Shown here piece by piece: positions 18,043 to 27,470 of a DNA stretch of 64,000 nucleotides. Under the pieces are notes generated by a model, which was not told the origin of the DNA, ran no database searches, and worked only from the letters and a program-made list of their open reading frames with translations. The stretch's first letter is position 1, and every line of letters begins with the position of its first letter. The stretch comes from Desulfatiglandales bacterium (GTDB lineage: Bacteria > Desulfobacterota > DSM-4660 > Desulfatiglandales > HGW-15), in the NCBI GenBank assembly GCA_963667015.2, contig CAXXJJ010000001.1, positions 1,024,001-1,088,000 of the forward strand, given 5' to 3'. The position numbers were made by a program, and so were the translations under genes.

Positions 18043-20286
18043 TTAACCCTCCCTGTTAAATTTCATTCTGTGTATATAGGCGTTCAGAACTTCATAGTCG
18101 CCGGTTTCAAGCTCTTTATACTGGACCCAGTAAGTCAGGACGGATTTGACCATGCTGCACTGGAACACGCCGTCGTCACTGAGAAATTTCTCACCCGTCT
18201 CTCCGGCCAGCCATATGGCCTCCTTAAGGTCTTCTTCGATGATGAGCTTACGATCCAGCTCGTCCTGCAGCTCAGGGCTTATAACAAGCCTGATGTTGTC
18301 CCACGCCTGTTTTACGGGGATAAAATCTTCTCCTGTTAAATCTTTCATGAGTTTTATTTTGACCTCCAGGGCGTTTTTCTTTTGTGACTGCAGAGTCGGC
18401 GAGGTTTTTTGGGGAACGATGTCATAGACCATATCGAGGATATGGGCACATTCCTTGTCTTTCTGCCGGAAGACCTCCCTGCAGTTGGCACAGTATACAA
18501 TATAGGATTTATCGCTGGCCTTTCGGCGGTTCTCGGTGATCTGATCATAGAGGGCGGGATTGGCCAGGCTCATATGCCCGCCGTAGCCGCAGCATCTGTT
18601 CGGTTTTTTTAACTCTTCTGTTGCGACTCCGGACCGTTCGGTCAGATCGCGTACGCTTTCCTGCATGGCCTCATCATCTCGGGCTGTGCACGGGTCGAAT
18701 ACAACCGCTTCCTCAAAGTGCCGCGAAGGAACAATAGAATCGTCCGCCGCCATTAGTGTATAGATATTTTCCTGCTTTATTTCCGGCATCAGCAGCCTGA
18801 AAATGTTCTCACAGTAGGCGCAGGCGAATATAAACGTCGGCCGGCCCATGTCATCCCAGATCTGACGGATGCGTTCAATGTTGGCCGAGAGGAGCTTCCT
18901 GTCTCCAGCCCAGTAGGCCGGAGCGCCGCAGCAGCCGAGTATGATCCCTGTATCGAACTTTTCGCGCAGATATTCAAAGGTCTTCAGAACATGGTCAGGC
19001 TCAGCCGCCCCAAGCTGGCAGCCTGGAAAAAATAAATATTCGCAGGTCTCTTTATCATTAGGTGGCGAGGCAAAAAAGGCTTCTGACGTGTAAAAATCAA
19101 ACTGGCGTATCCAGAAATCGTGAAATGCCGGGACGTTTTTACCGATACGGAACCTGTCCTCCCTGGAAAACTGCATCAGTGCGCCGATGTCCACACCCAC
19201 GGGACAGACGCTTTTACAGTTGCCGCATATGTTGCAGGAGTAGGTCTCCCGCCTCAGTGCATGCGCGGAAAGTGATGATCCGGACTGAGAATCCGTGTAG
19301 ACCTCGACTCCAAGTTTAGGCGGCATTTTCCTGAACCATTCTATCATTTCACAGTTTTCCCGACAGATTCTACAGTCGCAGAGGAAGCATCTGGAGGCTT
19401 CAGCCTTGGCCTCATCCGGAGAGTATCCATCAGGAGATGACATCCCAACGAGCACTTTTTTTCCTTCCCTGTCGTGGGGCAGATAGTGAATACCTGGCGC
19501 TGCAAGTTGATCAGCAGCAGGGCGGGCGGCTTCACCTCTTTGAAAAAATACTTCCATGATCCTGGAAAGCAGGGAGCCATCGGCTATGGATTCCATGAGC
19601 GGAACGCCGCAGACAGCGCCCCCCATAAAGACTCCCGGGCGGGAGGTGGTCATAAGTTCGGAATCACGGCTTTCCAGAAGACCGAATGTGTTTCCGGTTT
19701 CACCTGTGGCGATATATATGGCGTCAAAGCCCTCCAGTTCGTCTAATGAAGCTATTTCTCTGTTGAACCGGAAATTCGCCCTGGTGGCGGAGAACTGCAG
19801 GGCAATGTCCTCATCGAACTCCGTAAAATCGGGATGGGCGCGTAGTGCTCCGCCCCAGCCCGGGCCTTTTTCAAAGACTTCAACATGAAAATTTTTCTGT
19901 GCCATATTAAGCGCGCAGGACAGACCCGCAGGACCAGCTCCTATAATGGCAATACTCTGCTTTTTGGGCGGTATGACAAAATTCTCGGGATTTCGGTTTT
20001 TGGCGTAACGTATACATGCAGACTCAAGGTCGCGCAGTGCCAGGGGTTCGTCTCCAATGGATGTCCGCTGACATTTTTCCCTGCACGGCTGCGGACAGAG
20101 TCTGCTGACAATCACGGGGAAAATGACAGAATTCCTAAAAATTTTGTATGCCCGAATCCACAGCCCCTTTTGGGACCTTTCCATAAAGGAGCGTATGTCG
20201 AGGCCGAATGGGCAGGCGCATGAGCAGGAGGGAGGTTCTCCGCTAAAGCAAACATCAACATATGCCTTTGATTCTTCTAACTTCAT
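18043..20286 (-). CDS. Pyridine nucleotide-disulfide oxidoreductase / dicluster Fe-S protein with CCG domains (DVU_1558 family)
   Basis: GltD-like PPSC..ACP..C..PC...C, IIGAGPAG, CNICGNCKSVCP, FPGCQL, CCGAP, CCGYGG, YCANC. Confidence 0.88.
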   Translation of the reverse strand: MKLEESKAYVDVCFSGEPPSCSCACPFGLDIRSFMERSQKGLWIRAYKIFRNSVIFPVIVSRLCPQPCREKCQRTSIGDEPLALRDLESACIRYAKNRNPENFVIPPKKQSIAIIGAGPAGLSCALNMAQKNFHVEVFEKGPGWGGALRAHPDFTEFDEDIALQFSATRANFRFNREIASLDELEGFDAIYIATGETGNTFGLLESRDSELMTTSRPGVFMGGAVCGVPLMESIADGSLLSRIMEVFFQRGEAARPAADQLAAPGIHYLPHDREGKKVLVGMSSPDGYSPDEAKAEASRCFLCDCRICRENCEMIEWFRKMPPKLGVEVYTDSQSGSSLSAHALRRETYSCNICGNCKSVCPVGVDIGALMQFSREDRFRIGKNVPAFHDFWIRQFDFYTSEAFFASPPNDKETCEYLFFPGCQLGAAEPDHVLKTFEYLREKFDTGIILGCCGAPAYWAGDRKLLSANIERIRQIWDDMGRPTFIFACAYCENIFRLLMPEIKQENIYTLMAADDSIVPSRHFEEAVVFDPCTARDDEAMQESVRDLTERSGVATEELKKPNRCCGYGGHMSLANPALYDQITENRRKASDKSYIVYCANCREVFRQKDKECAHILDMVYDIVPQKTSPTLQSQKKNALEVKIKLMKDLTGEDFIPVKQAWDNIRLVISPELQDELDRKLIIEEDLKEAIWLAGETGEKFLSDDGVFQCSMVKSVLTYWVQYKELETGDYEVLNAYIHRMKFNREG

Positions 20287-20305
20287 GTGTATCCATCATA
20301 TCAAA

Positions 20306-20380
20306 TTAAAAAAGGAAGGTCCCTTAAGACCCTTCCATTAAAATACAGTTCAGTAATCCCCTGCCGGGGATTACTGAACT
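20306..20380 (-). terminator. Tandem hairpins after mop (15-bp perfect stem, then a terminator-like hairpin)
   Basis: agttcagtaatcccc/ggggattactgaact at 20347-20380; minus strand ggaagggtc-ttaag-ggaccttcc-tttttt. Confidence 0.7.
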
Positions 20381-20438
20381 TTTGGTATAACCATCCTTAA
20401 AGCCTTCAGCCAGAATTTGCGGATGAAGGCCCGTGTGT

Positions 20439-23270
20439 TTACAGCGGATTGGCCTTGATGTTTTCCAGTTCTTCCTCAAAGTCTGTGCCAAGGTAATACC
20501 TGGGCGGTGTGAGATCCTCACCGCGTTCTTTGGCTTCCAGACCTGCCTTGACCTTGTCAGGTGTTGCAGGCAGAGAATAGATACGGACTCCGCAGGCGTT
20601 GTTGATGCCGTTGATGACCGCCATGTGCCCGGAGGACTGATAGCACTCTGAGCAGCCGCCAGAGCCGTATGGTCCGGCCTTACGAGGTGTTTCCTGGAAG
20701 ATCAGGGTGATATCGTCCGGAATCACGTCGATTGTGGGGATACCGCAGCTGGCCATATTGCCATCCCTGTCCTCGGCATTGTAATCTTCGCTAAGGGCAA
20801 AGCCGATGCTGTGGGACAGTCCGCCATATGCCTGACCTTCGACTGACAGCCTGTTGCCTATGACGCCGATGTCTGAAACACATGTATACCGAAGAACTTT
20901 TGACTTGCCTGTTTTGACATCAACCTCTACCAGCGCAACGTTGACACAGTACATATAACCCGGGTTTTTCTCGCCCATTCCGGTGTTGGGGTCAAGGCCC
21001 GGAGGAAGACCGATGTTGAACTGATCGTAGTGACCGATATATTTTGTTGGAATACCTTCGGCAACCATCTCGTCATATGTGCGGTAGGTGCCGTCCTCTT
21101 TACGCATGGCGTCAATGAGTTTGGTAGCGGCGTCAATGGTAGCATTACCTGCCATGTAGTGACAGCGGCTGGCCGCGGCCACGCCGGTGTCCGGGCAGGT
21201 TTTGCTGTCGTTCATGACGAGTTTAATCTGATCGGGTTTGACACCGAGGGGTTCAAGTGCCTTAACAGCATGTGTAAGTGCACCTATATCAGCGCCCTGA
21301 CCTACATCCTCCCAGGTGTTGAAGTGGGTGAATGTTCCATCAGAATTCATTTCAAGGGCAACCTCGGCCTGATCAAAGCAGCCTATGGTGTATATAAAAC
21401 CTCCCAGGCTCATACCTACACCCACGTGTTTTCCTTCTTTTTTGGCCTTTTCAGCCTCGGCCTTGTATTGATCGTAATAGGGTTTTGCCTTATCCAGCAG
21501 TTCCGGATAGATGTAATCGTGATAGGGCATGCTGTTGATGGTCAGGTCACCCGGCCTTGCGGCGTTTTTATAGCGGAACTCAAAGGGGTCCATACCGATC
21601 TTTTCTGCGATCATGTCAATGAGGGCCTCTGTTGTCGTATAGACCTGAGGGGCACCGAAACCGCGGTATGCAGCACAGAAGGCATGGTTTGTAGAACCGC
21701 CGCGGGCAAGGGCCTTGAAATTCGGAATATTGTAGCCATGGAAGCCGACCGAAACAAGGTTGTTGAATATTTTATTGCCCATGGTGCCGTAAGCGCCGTG
21801 GTCAAGGGCGATATCATATTCGGCGGCTGTGATCTTACCATCCTTATCACAGGCGATCCGTGCGTTGCTGTATGTGGCTGAACGCTTACCGGTCATATGG
21901 TTGAATTCTTCATAGGTCAATGTGAGTGTGCAGGGTATGCGGAGGTGCTGAACCGCGGTTGCAACTATGGCAAAGGTGTTAGAGCTTACAGCATAACCGA
22001 AGGAACCGCCAACAGGATTCATGATGATCCTGAGCTCTTCCATTGGAATACCGCAGGCATTGGATATGGCTTCCCTGTCTTCGCCGATACCCTGGGATTT
22101 ACACTGGAGTGTCAGCATGCCGTCCTCTCCTATATACCCCTGAACAACATCGGGCTCGATGGGCAGATGGGGTTCGTGCTGAGAGTGGAAGCTACCTTCT
22201 GCTACAAATTCTGCCTCCTCAAATATCTCGGCCGTGTCTTTGCCTTTAAAAACCGGCTGTTCCATATAAAAATTAGGAAGCCCCTCATGCAGCTGGATGG
22301 CATTGGGCATAACTGCCTCGGGAAATGACATGTATGCGGGCAGGACCTCAAGATTCTGTTTAACCTTCTTGGCGGCCTCGCGGGCGTGTTCCTCCGTGTC
22401 AGCGGCAACAAGCGCCACACAGTCTCCACGCTTATTGATTTTCTTATCGGCAAATACGGGGAAGGGAGCTATCCCGCGTCCCAGGACGCGTGGAATAAGG
22501 GGCGGAGCATCCAGGTTGTTGGAACCCATGACGTCCTTTGCCGTAAAAATCCTTATTACACCTGGCATCTCTTCTGCTTCTGCCGTATCGATACTTATGA
22601 TATTCGCATGGGCGACCTGAGAGATAACAACGGCCAGATGCGCCGTACCTAAAGGCATTTTATGTTTGATGTCGTCGCCGTAATCAGTGAGACCGCATAC
22701 CTTTGACAATGCCGTGGGCCTCGGGCGTTTTGAACCGTAAATCTCCTTCTCCCCTTCAAAGTCATAGATAATATCTTCCATTTTTGCCTCGCCGCGCATA
22801 ACCTTTGCGGCCTGCATTACAGAATCAATTATAGGTTTAAATCCTGTACAGCGGCAGACGTTTCTATGCTTTCTAAACCATTCCCTGGCCTCTTCACGTG
22901 TAGGATTTGGGTTTTCTTCCAGTAGTTTATAAGAGGAGACAATAAACCCGGGGGTACAGAACCCGCATTGAACAGCGCCGAAGGTGATAAAGGCCTGCTG
23001 CAGTGGATGAAGTTTAAGGGGACTTCCGATTCCCTCGATTGTGATAATCTCACTGTTTTCTTCGATGTTTTTCATCTTTTTTGTACAGGAGCGCACTACC
23101 TTTCCGTTTAAGATAACAGAACAGGCCCCGCATACTCCGGTATCACATCCGACCTTGGTTCCTGTAAGCCCTGTCCGGCGAATAACGGATGACAGTGTAT
23201 CCTTTTCAGGATCACATACAACCGCACGCCGGACGCCATTTATTATCAGATTCAGTCTTGTAACGTTCAT
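20439..23270 (-). CDS. mop: Molybdopterin-dependent aldehyde oxidoreductase (Mop, xanthine oxidase family; 2x[2Fe-2S] + Moco domains)
   Basis: GTKVGCDTGVCGAC, QCGFCTPG, NVCRCTG, GGSFG, YRGFGAPQ, GQG, EGQAYGG. Confidence 0.95.
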   Translation of the reverse strand: MNVTRLNLIINGVRRAVVCDPEKDTLSSVIRRTGLTGTKVGCDTGVCGACSVILNGKVVRSCTKKMKNIEENSEIITIEGIGSPLKLHPLQQAFITFGAVQCGFCTPGFIVSSYKLLEENPNPTREEAREWFRKHRNVCRCTGFKPIIDSVMQAAKVMRGEAKMEDIIYDFEGEKEIYGSKRPRPTALSKVCGLTDYGDDIKHKMPLGTAHLAVVISQVAHANIISIDTAEAEEMPGVIRIFTAKDVMGSNNLDAPPLIPRVLGRGIAPFPVFADKKINKRGDCVALVAADTEEHAREAAKKVKQNLEVLPAYMSFPEAVMPNAIQLHEGLPNFYMEQPVFKGKDTAEIFEEAEFVAEGSFHSQHEPHLPIEPDVVQGYIGEDGMLTLQCKSQGIGEDREAISNACGIPMEELRIIMNPVGGSFGYAVSSNTFAIVATAVQHLRIPCTLTLTYEEFNHMTGKRSATYSNARIACDKDGKITAAEYDIALDHGAYGTMGNKIFNNLVSVGFHGYNIPNFKALARGGSTNHAFCAAYRGFGAPQVYTTTEALIDMIAEKIGMDPFEFRYKNAARPGDLTINSMPYHDYIYPELLDKAKPYYDQYKAEAEKAKKEGKHVGVGMSLGGFIYTIGCFDQAEVALEMNSDGTFTHFNTWEDVGQGADIGALTHAVKALEPLGVKPDQIKLVMNDSKTCPDTGVAAASRCHYMAGNATIDAATKLIDAMRKEDGTYRTYDEMVAEGIPTKYIGHYDQFNIGLPPGLDPNTGMGEKNPGYMYCVNVALVEVDVKTGKSKVLRYTCVSDIGVIGNRLSVEGQAYGGLSHSIGFALSEDYNAEDRDGNMASCGIPTIDVIPDDITLIFQETPRKAGPYGSGGCSECYQSSGHMAVINGINNACGVRIYSLPATPDKVKAGLEAKERGEDLTPPRYYLGTDFEEELENIKANPL

Positions 23271-23685
23271 AGCATTATCCTTTGTAATAAAATTATCTGT
23301 TCAACTATAAGGAGATAAGAAAGGCAGGATTACAAATATCTTGTCTTTTAGAAAACATTGCAATCAAGGGTACCCCATAATACCCATAATCCAGTATTAT
23401 CTCCTCCCCTTTTTTAATAATATGGAGAGCAATTATTGAAAAAGCTCACTTCATTGCCGAAGGCAGTGTAAAAGCCTCGGATTGCAGAGTCAAGATTGTT
23501 ATACCAAAAAAGAATTACTTAAGCCAAAATGATTTTTAAAAAAAAAGCTGCAAAAGGGAATTGAAGGAAGGGATCGTCCGATTTTACGTTTACCTTGTCT
23601 GTAAAACCGAATTGTTTCAGTAAAATCCACTCTTATTACTGAATAAAATGAATTTTCTTCTGAGTAATTAATGGGCATAATTTTC

Positions 23686-23714
23686 TTGACACTCAAAAGC
23701 GACCCCCATATATT
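23686..23714 (+). promoter_or_regulatory. Sigma-70-type promoter for the moaF-like gene
   Basis: TTGACA-17 nt-TATATT; GGAGG before ATG 23811. Confidence 0.6.
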
Positions 23715-23810
23715 CGATTCGATAGAAGGTGATTTTATGAGTATCCAACCGGAATAACAAGGCTTTTATTATCTGTGACATTCTACCGTATTTTCTATGG
23801 AGGTGAGTAA

Positions 23811-25547
23811 ATGAGGGCTATCAAGTTTCCAAAGGACCAGTTGCACAGGATCAAATATACCAAACTTACAAAAGAACAGATAGACCGGAAGCTTGTTCCG
23901 GTTGCCGACGGACCCGAATGTGAGTCAGAGTATTCGGATTCGCTTGTCGGGAAATCAATTAAAATAGTGACCGATAACGGCCCGGTTTTGAATTACAATT
24001 TTAAAAGTAAGGGAAAACTGACTCTCAAGGAAGGCAATGCATCGGCAATTAAAGCCGGTTATGGCGCACTGACATACAAGAATATTGTGCTTTTTTCCCA
24101 CATGGAGCCTGGAACTCAGAAGGGCTTTAATGTCATCATCGATTTAGATACCAATCTTGCTACTGTCTTTGAGGTATGGTTCAGCGGATATAAGGTTCTA
24201 AGAGAGGTGCAGCGCCAGATGTATTACGGGTATGTGGAAGTCCCTGGCAAGGAATCCCCTAAGGCGCGGCATCACCTTACAAACAGGATTGAGGGTAAAG
24301 GCTTTTACTGGAAGCAGGATACCGGTATTGAGACCCTTGAATTTTATCCATCCATAATGTCTTCTTCCTTTGTCGAGTTGACTCGACTGGGAGGGGAGCT
24401 TACCTTTTGCGGGCCTTCAGACTACATAATGATCAGCGACGACCTGTTCATCTTTGACAGGGTTGAGTGCGAAATGTCCGGTATTTTTACCCTGTACGTC
24501 CTTGATGTTCAGGATGTGGAACAGGTAGGTGTGCGCCTTGGATTTAATGAAGAGGATGAGCTCGAATACTATATGTTCCGTGGAGCAGGGGAGATAGTCG
24601 GCCAGATTGCCCATTTTGAATCCCTGGCCGATCGTGGTGAAAAGATCTCCTTTGGAGCGAATATGCCGCCCATGACAGAAAAGGGGCAGAGGATCGTTTA
24701 TCGCCCCCTTTCCATGTATCCGCCCATGACAGAGGAAGAGGTACATGCGGCAGTCCAGAAAAAGACTGCAGTTTTTGTAGAAGACGGTCTGATGGGCGGC
24801 GACCAGAAGATGCAACCGACCGATTATCTCGCAGGCAAAAAGATAACTGTCCGCTGTGACGGTAAAGGCCCTGTCATGAATTACAGGTTTGACGGGATGA
24901 AATTGCTCCACTGGCAGCGCGAGGGCGAGTCACAATGGCATGAGGAAAAATATGAGGCCTTTGAGCCGGCGGATAACCTGATATATTTCTGTCATCCCCT
25001 AAGCAACACAAGGCCTGCGGAGTGCAAAAAGATCGTTGTGGATTTTTCCACTGCCCTGGCCACATGTGTCAGTTCAAAACTCGGCAGTGAGTACATGGCA
25101 AACGAGGTTTCCTATAAAATTGACTTTGGTGTTCTGGAGACAGAAGGCATGATACCCCCAAGGTATTACCGCCATGCATTCACCGATGAACTGGTGGGCG
25201 GAGCACTTACCTGGAATTACAGTGATGCCCTTTCTTCCATGCATGTATACAGCACACCCCATTCCTATTCCTGGACAATATTTATGGAGAACGGAGCCTT
25301 TGGCATGCAGTGGAGTTCTCATGCGGACTATGTGAAGCTGAGAGATGATATTTATCTGTTTACATGGGTTGAAGAGGCCTGCAACGGAACCCAGGGGACA
25401 ATTATAATAAACAACAGGACAATGCACGATTGCGGATTTGCATTCCACGTGGATAAGGATGGATTAAACCTGAGCACCATAGGCGCCTATTCACGCAATG
25501 CGGGTTCATATGATATTAAAAAGTATTTTCCTCTGAAATTGAGGTGA
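23811..25547 (+). CDS. Tandem-duplicated MoaF-family protein (two MoaF N + C units)
   Basis: Internal repeat: LVGKSIKIVTDNGPVLNYNF vs LAGKKITVRCDGKGPVMNYRF; HHLTNRIEGK vs HAFTDELVGG..WNYS..SMHVY; DYIMISDDLFIF vs DYVKLRDDIYLFTWVE. Confidence 0.72.
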   Translation: MRAIKFPKDQLHRIKYTKLTKEQIDRKLVPVADGPECESEYSDSLVGKSIKIVTDNGPVLNYNFKSKGKLTLKEGNASAIKAGYGALTYKNIVLFSHMEPGTQKGFNVIIDLDTNLATVFEVWFSGYKVLREVQRQMYYGYVEVPGKESPKARHHLTNRIEGKGFYWKQDTGIETLEFYPSIMSSSFVELTRLGGELTFCGPSDYIMISDDLFIFDRVECEMSGIFTLYVLDVQDVEQVGVRLGFNEEDELEYYMFRGAGEIVGQIAHFESLADRGEKISFGANMPPMTEKGQRIVYRPLSMYPPMTEEEVHAAVQKKTAVFVEDGLMGGDQKMQPTDYLAGKKITVRCDGKGPVMNYRFDGMKLLHWQREGESQWHEEKYEAFEPADNLIYFCHPLSNTRPAECKKIVVDFSTALATCVSSKLGSEYMANEVSYKIDFGVLETEGMIPPRYYRHAFTDELVGGALTWNYSDALSSMHVYSTPHSYSWTIFMENGAFGMQWSSHADYVKLRDDIYLFTWVEEACNGTQGTIIINNRTMHDCGFAFHVDKDGLNLSTIGAYSRNAGSYDIKKYFPLKLR

Positions 25548-25712
25548 TATTCTGTTACATGCTGGATTACCCTAAAAACAGGTTTAGGAGAATTAAGAAT
25601 CTGTAAACAGTTTGAACCCGGTGTAATCAGTATCACGCTCTTTTATTATCAAATGGGACGATTTTTAGAGAACCAGATGGTATTTTTATAGAAATTAATA
25701 GGAGTCTATATA

Positions 25713-25883
25713 ATGCAAAATGTTTTTCAAATCTTGCATTTTTTAAAAGAGAGTAAGATAGTTGAATCCCCTGAGTGGCATCGTGATTTCCTCCGGAATA
25801 CCGAACGACGGCTGGAATTGGGGGAGGAAAAGGCAGTAGACTGGAATGCCGCAAAAAATGAACTCCGGAAACGATTCAAATGA
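25713..25883 (+). pseudogene. Addiction-module antitoxin, copy with an in-frame internal deletion (56 aa)
   Basis: MQNVFQILHFLKESKIVESPEWHRDFLRNTERRLELGEEKAVDWNAAKNELRKRFK; lacks the 16 aa carrying MEAIWEDL of the right copy. Confidence 0.75.
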
Positions 25884-25988
25884 AAATCAGGATACCGTCC
25901 TCTACAATTGAAGTTTTGTATGCTGGAAGTTATTTCCGTCATAAGGTATTTAAGGAAAAACAAACACAAAGGGATTGCTTGATATGTT

Positions 25989-26033
25989 TGGAGCCACTGT
26001 GCGGAATCGAACCGCAGACATCCTCATTACGAG
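25989..26033 (-). repeat. Displaced 3' 45 nt of tRNA-Thr(CGT) (att-site duplication)
   Basis: Identical to 28489-28533, diverging at the 5' edge of the anticodon loop. Confidence 0.95.
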
Positions 26034-26151
26034 AATGTCAAAGTATGATTTTTATATATAACACGATATAAAAATAACCAATAATATCCAATAAATCCGG
26101 GCAAGATAATATATCTTCTTGTCTGGATTTTTTTGTCTTTATTCTTTGTTA

Positions 26152-26171
26152 TGGAGACATTTTGGAGACAT
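26152..26171 (+). repeat. Tandem TGGAGACAT repeats (11-bp period), candidate integrase arm-type sites
   Basis: atggagacatttttggagacatc-like run about 120 bp inside the att fragment. Confidence 0.55.
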
Positions 26172-26399
26172 CAAAAGGTGAATATTTATTAGGGTATGGG
26201 AAAAATAGTAGAATTTTTTATGATTAGGGTTAACTACTACCCCTAAAAGGGTTAATTTATTTCCATATATTTAATTAATATATCTTTCAATTTTATTCAC
26301 TGCTACCATAGTGTAACCTTAAATGGGATCGATTTGCACTACTCCCCTCACGTGCCGTTCGTTCATTTCTTTTTTTTTCTGTATTATCTTGAGTGGAGG

Positions 26400-26782
26400 A
26401 TGAATAAAAATTAATATAATTCATCATATGGGTAAACACATCTTTGGTCATTCCTGTAACTGCACCCTTTTTCATCTCTTCTCTTTCATAACCAAGGGGA
26501 ACTTCTACCTTAAGTCCTAATATTTCATTTAAGATAGCAATTGCAACAACTATCCGATCATGCCTTCGGTCATGCCTATATAATAGACCTTACCAGCTTC
26601 TTCTTTTAAATGACCGAGTTTATCTTCTACTTTAAGTCCTAAAACCTCATTGAAATTGGCATTCGAATCTGCATTAACAGCCAGAATAGATTTCTTATTT
26701 ATTTGAACAATGTATTTAATATTTAAACCATTAGCCGTTTTCCCGTTCCGCCTTTCCCTGCCAGAGCTATCCTAAAAGGCAT
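26400..26782 (-). pseudogene. cooC: Fragmented cooC/acsF-like Ni-insertion ATPase (N-terminal part, frameshifted and internally duplicated)
   Basis: AGGAG + MPFRIALAGKGGTGK, frameshift, ...SILAVNADSNANFNEVLGLKVEDKLG...GMT, stop, then a second copy ILNEILGLKVEVPLGYEREEMKKGAVTGMTKDVF. Confidence 0.75.
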
Positions 26783-27418
26783 AATTTTAGACTCCTTGCC
26801 TATTTTTGCCTTTTATTTAATGTAAAAAATTCATTTATTTTCATAAAAGCAATTAATACTAAAATATAATAAATTCAAGATGTTATGCCATTTAAAACAT
26901 TATATAAAAATACCAGTTTTTAGTTGATAATATACATAAAAATCTAGCATAATATAAGAATACGAAACAAAAGAATTTTATCATGATGTTTATATGCCGA
27001 GCATCTTATATTGTATTCTAAATAAGGGATTATGAAAAACATAGTTTTAGAATACTAATGGTAACAGAATAAATAATTATGCAAAAAAAATCAGTGTATA
27101 GGATATATCAATTTAAAGGATTTCATTATTGATATCAGACACTTATCAATAAATAAAATCTTTGCTGACTTTGAAAATAAATATATTAAACTGGATATAT
27201 TATTATTCCATAATATAATCTATGGTAATAATAAGAGCGATGCTCCGATGGATTATTTCGATTTGGAGAAAATTAGCATCAGAGTCACCGTAATGAAGTT
27301 AAGATTAATATTTTAATCCGAATGTGATTTAGAGCAAATACAAATTTTCCGGTAGTAAAAATTGATTAAGTGAAAACAATATGAAAGAATGAAAAGCAAG
27401 ATAAGAAATTAAGAAAGA

Positions 27419-27470
27419 AGGCTTTTGATGATAATCACGGCCGTGGCAAGCTTAACATCATCAAAAGCCT
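27419..27470 (+). promoter_or_regulatory. 14-bp perfect stem-loop upstream of the antirepressor-like ORF
   Basis: aggcttttgatgat/atcatcaaaagcct enclosing the palindrome cacggccgtg; followed by gatagc-agt-gctatc-ttttt. Confidence 0.6.

Larger units (their letters stand above)
25676..26033 (+). repeat. Left copy of the long direct repeat (antitoxin variant + toxin stub + tRNA-Thr 3' part)
   Basis: 25803-26033 matches 28303-28533 with 2 mismatches seen; weaker homology extends left to about 25676/28121. Confidence 0.95.

Noticed and set aside
21030..21881. 283-aa antisense ORF inside mop and other nested shadow ORFs in the track
   Set aside because: They overlap well-supported genes, lack motifs and reflect codon bias
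12242..23270. Selenoprotein forms of TrsS, TrsM or neighbours
   Set aside because: All ORFs look full length with no in-frame UGA splitting a conserved domain
23420..23500. Glycine riboswitch suggested by GGAGAG...GCCGAAGG
   Set aside because: No CTCTCAGG element or second aptamer; not positioned in a plausible leader
25989..26033. Second functional tRNA-Thr
   Set aside because: Only the 3' 45 nt are present; D-arm and 5' acceptor strand are missing
25880..26071. 63-aa ORF as a real gene
   Set aside because: Toxin stub reading antisense through the tRNA fragment
26480..26660. Tyrosine integrase box I suggested by NEVLGLKVED
   Set aside because: No catalytic Arg, and the flanking GKGGTGK and AVNADSNAN match CooC-type ATPases
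27222..27293. 23-aa amphipathic ORF (MVIIRAMLRWIISIWRKLASESP) as a type I toxin
   Set aside because: No SD and no antisense partner evident; likely chance
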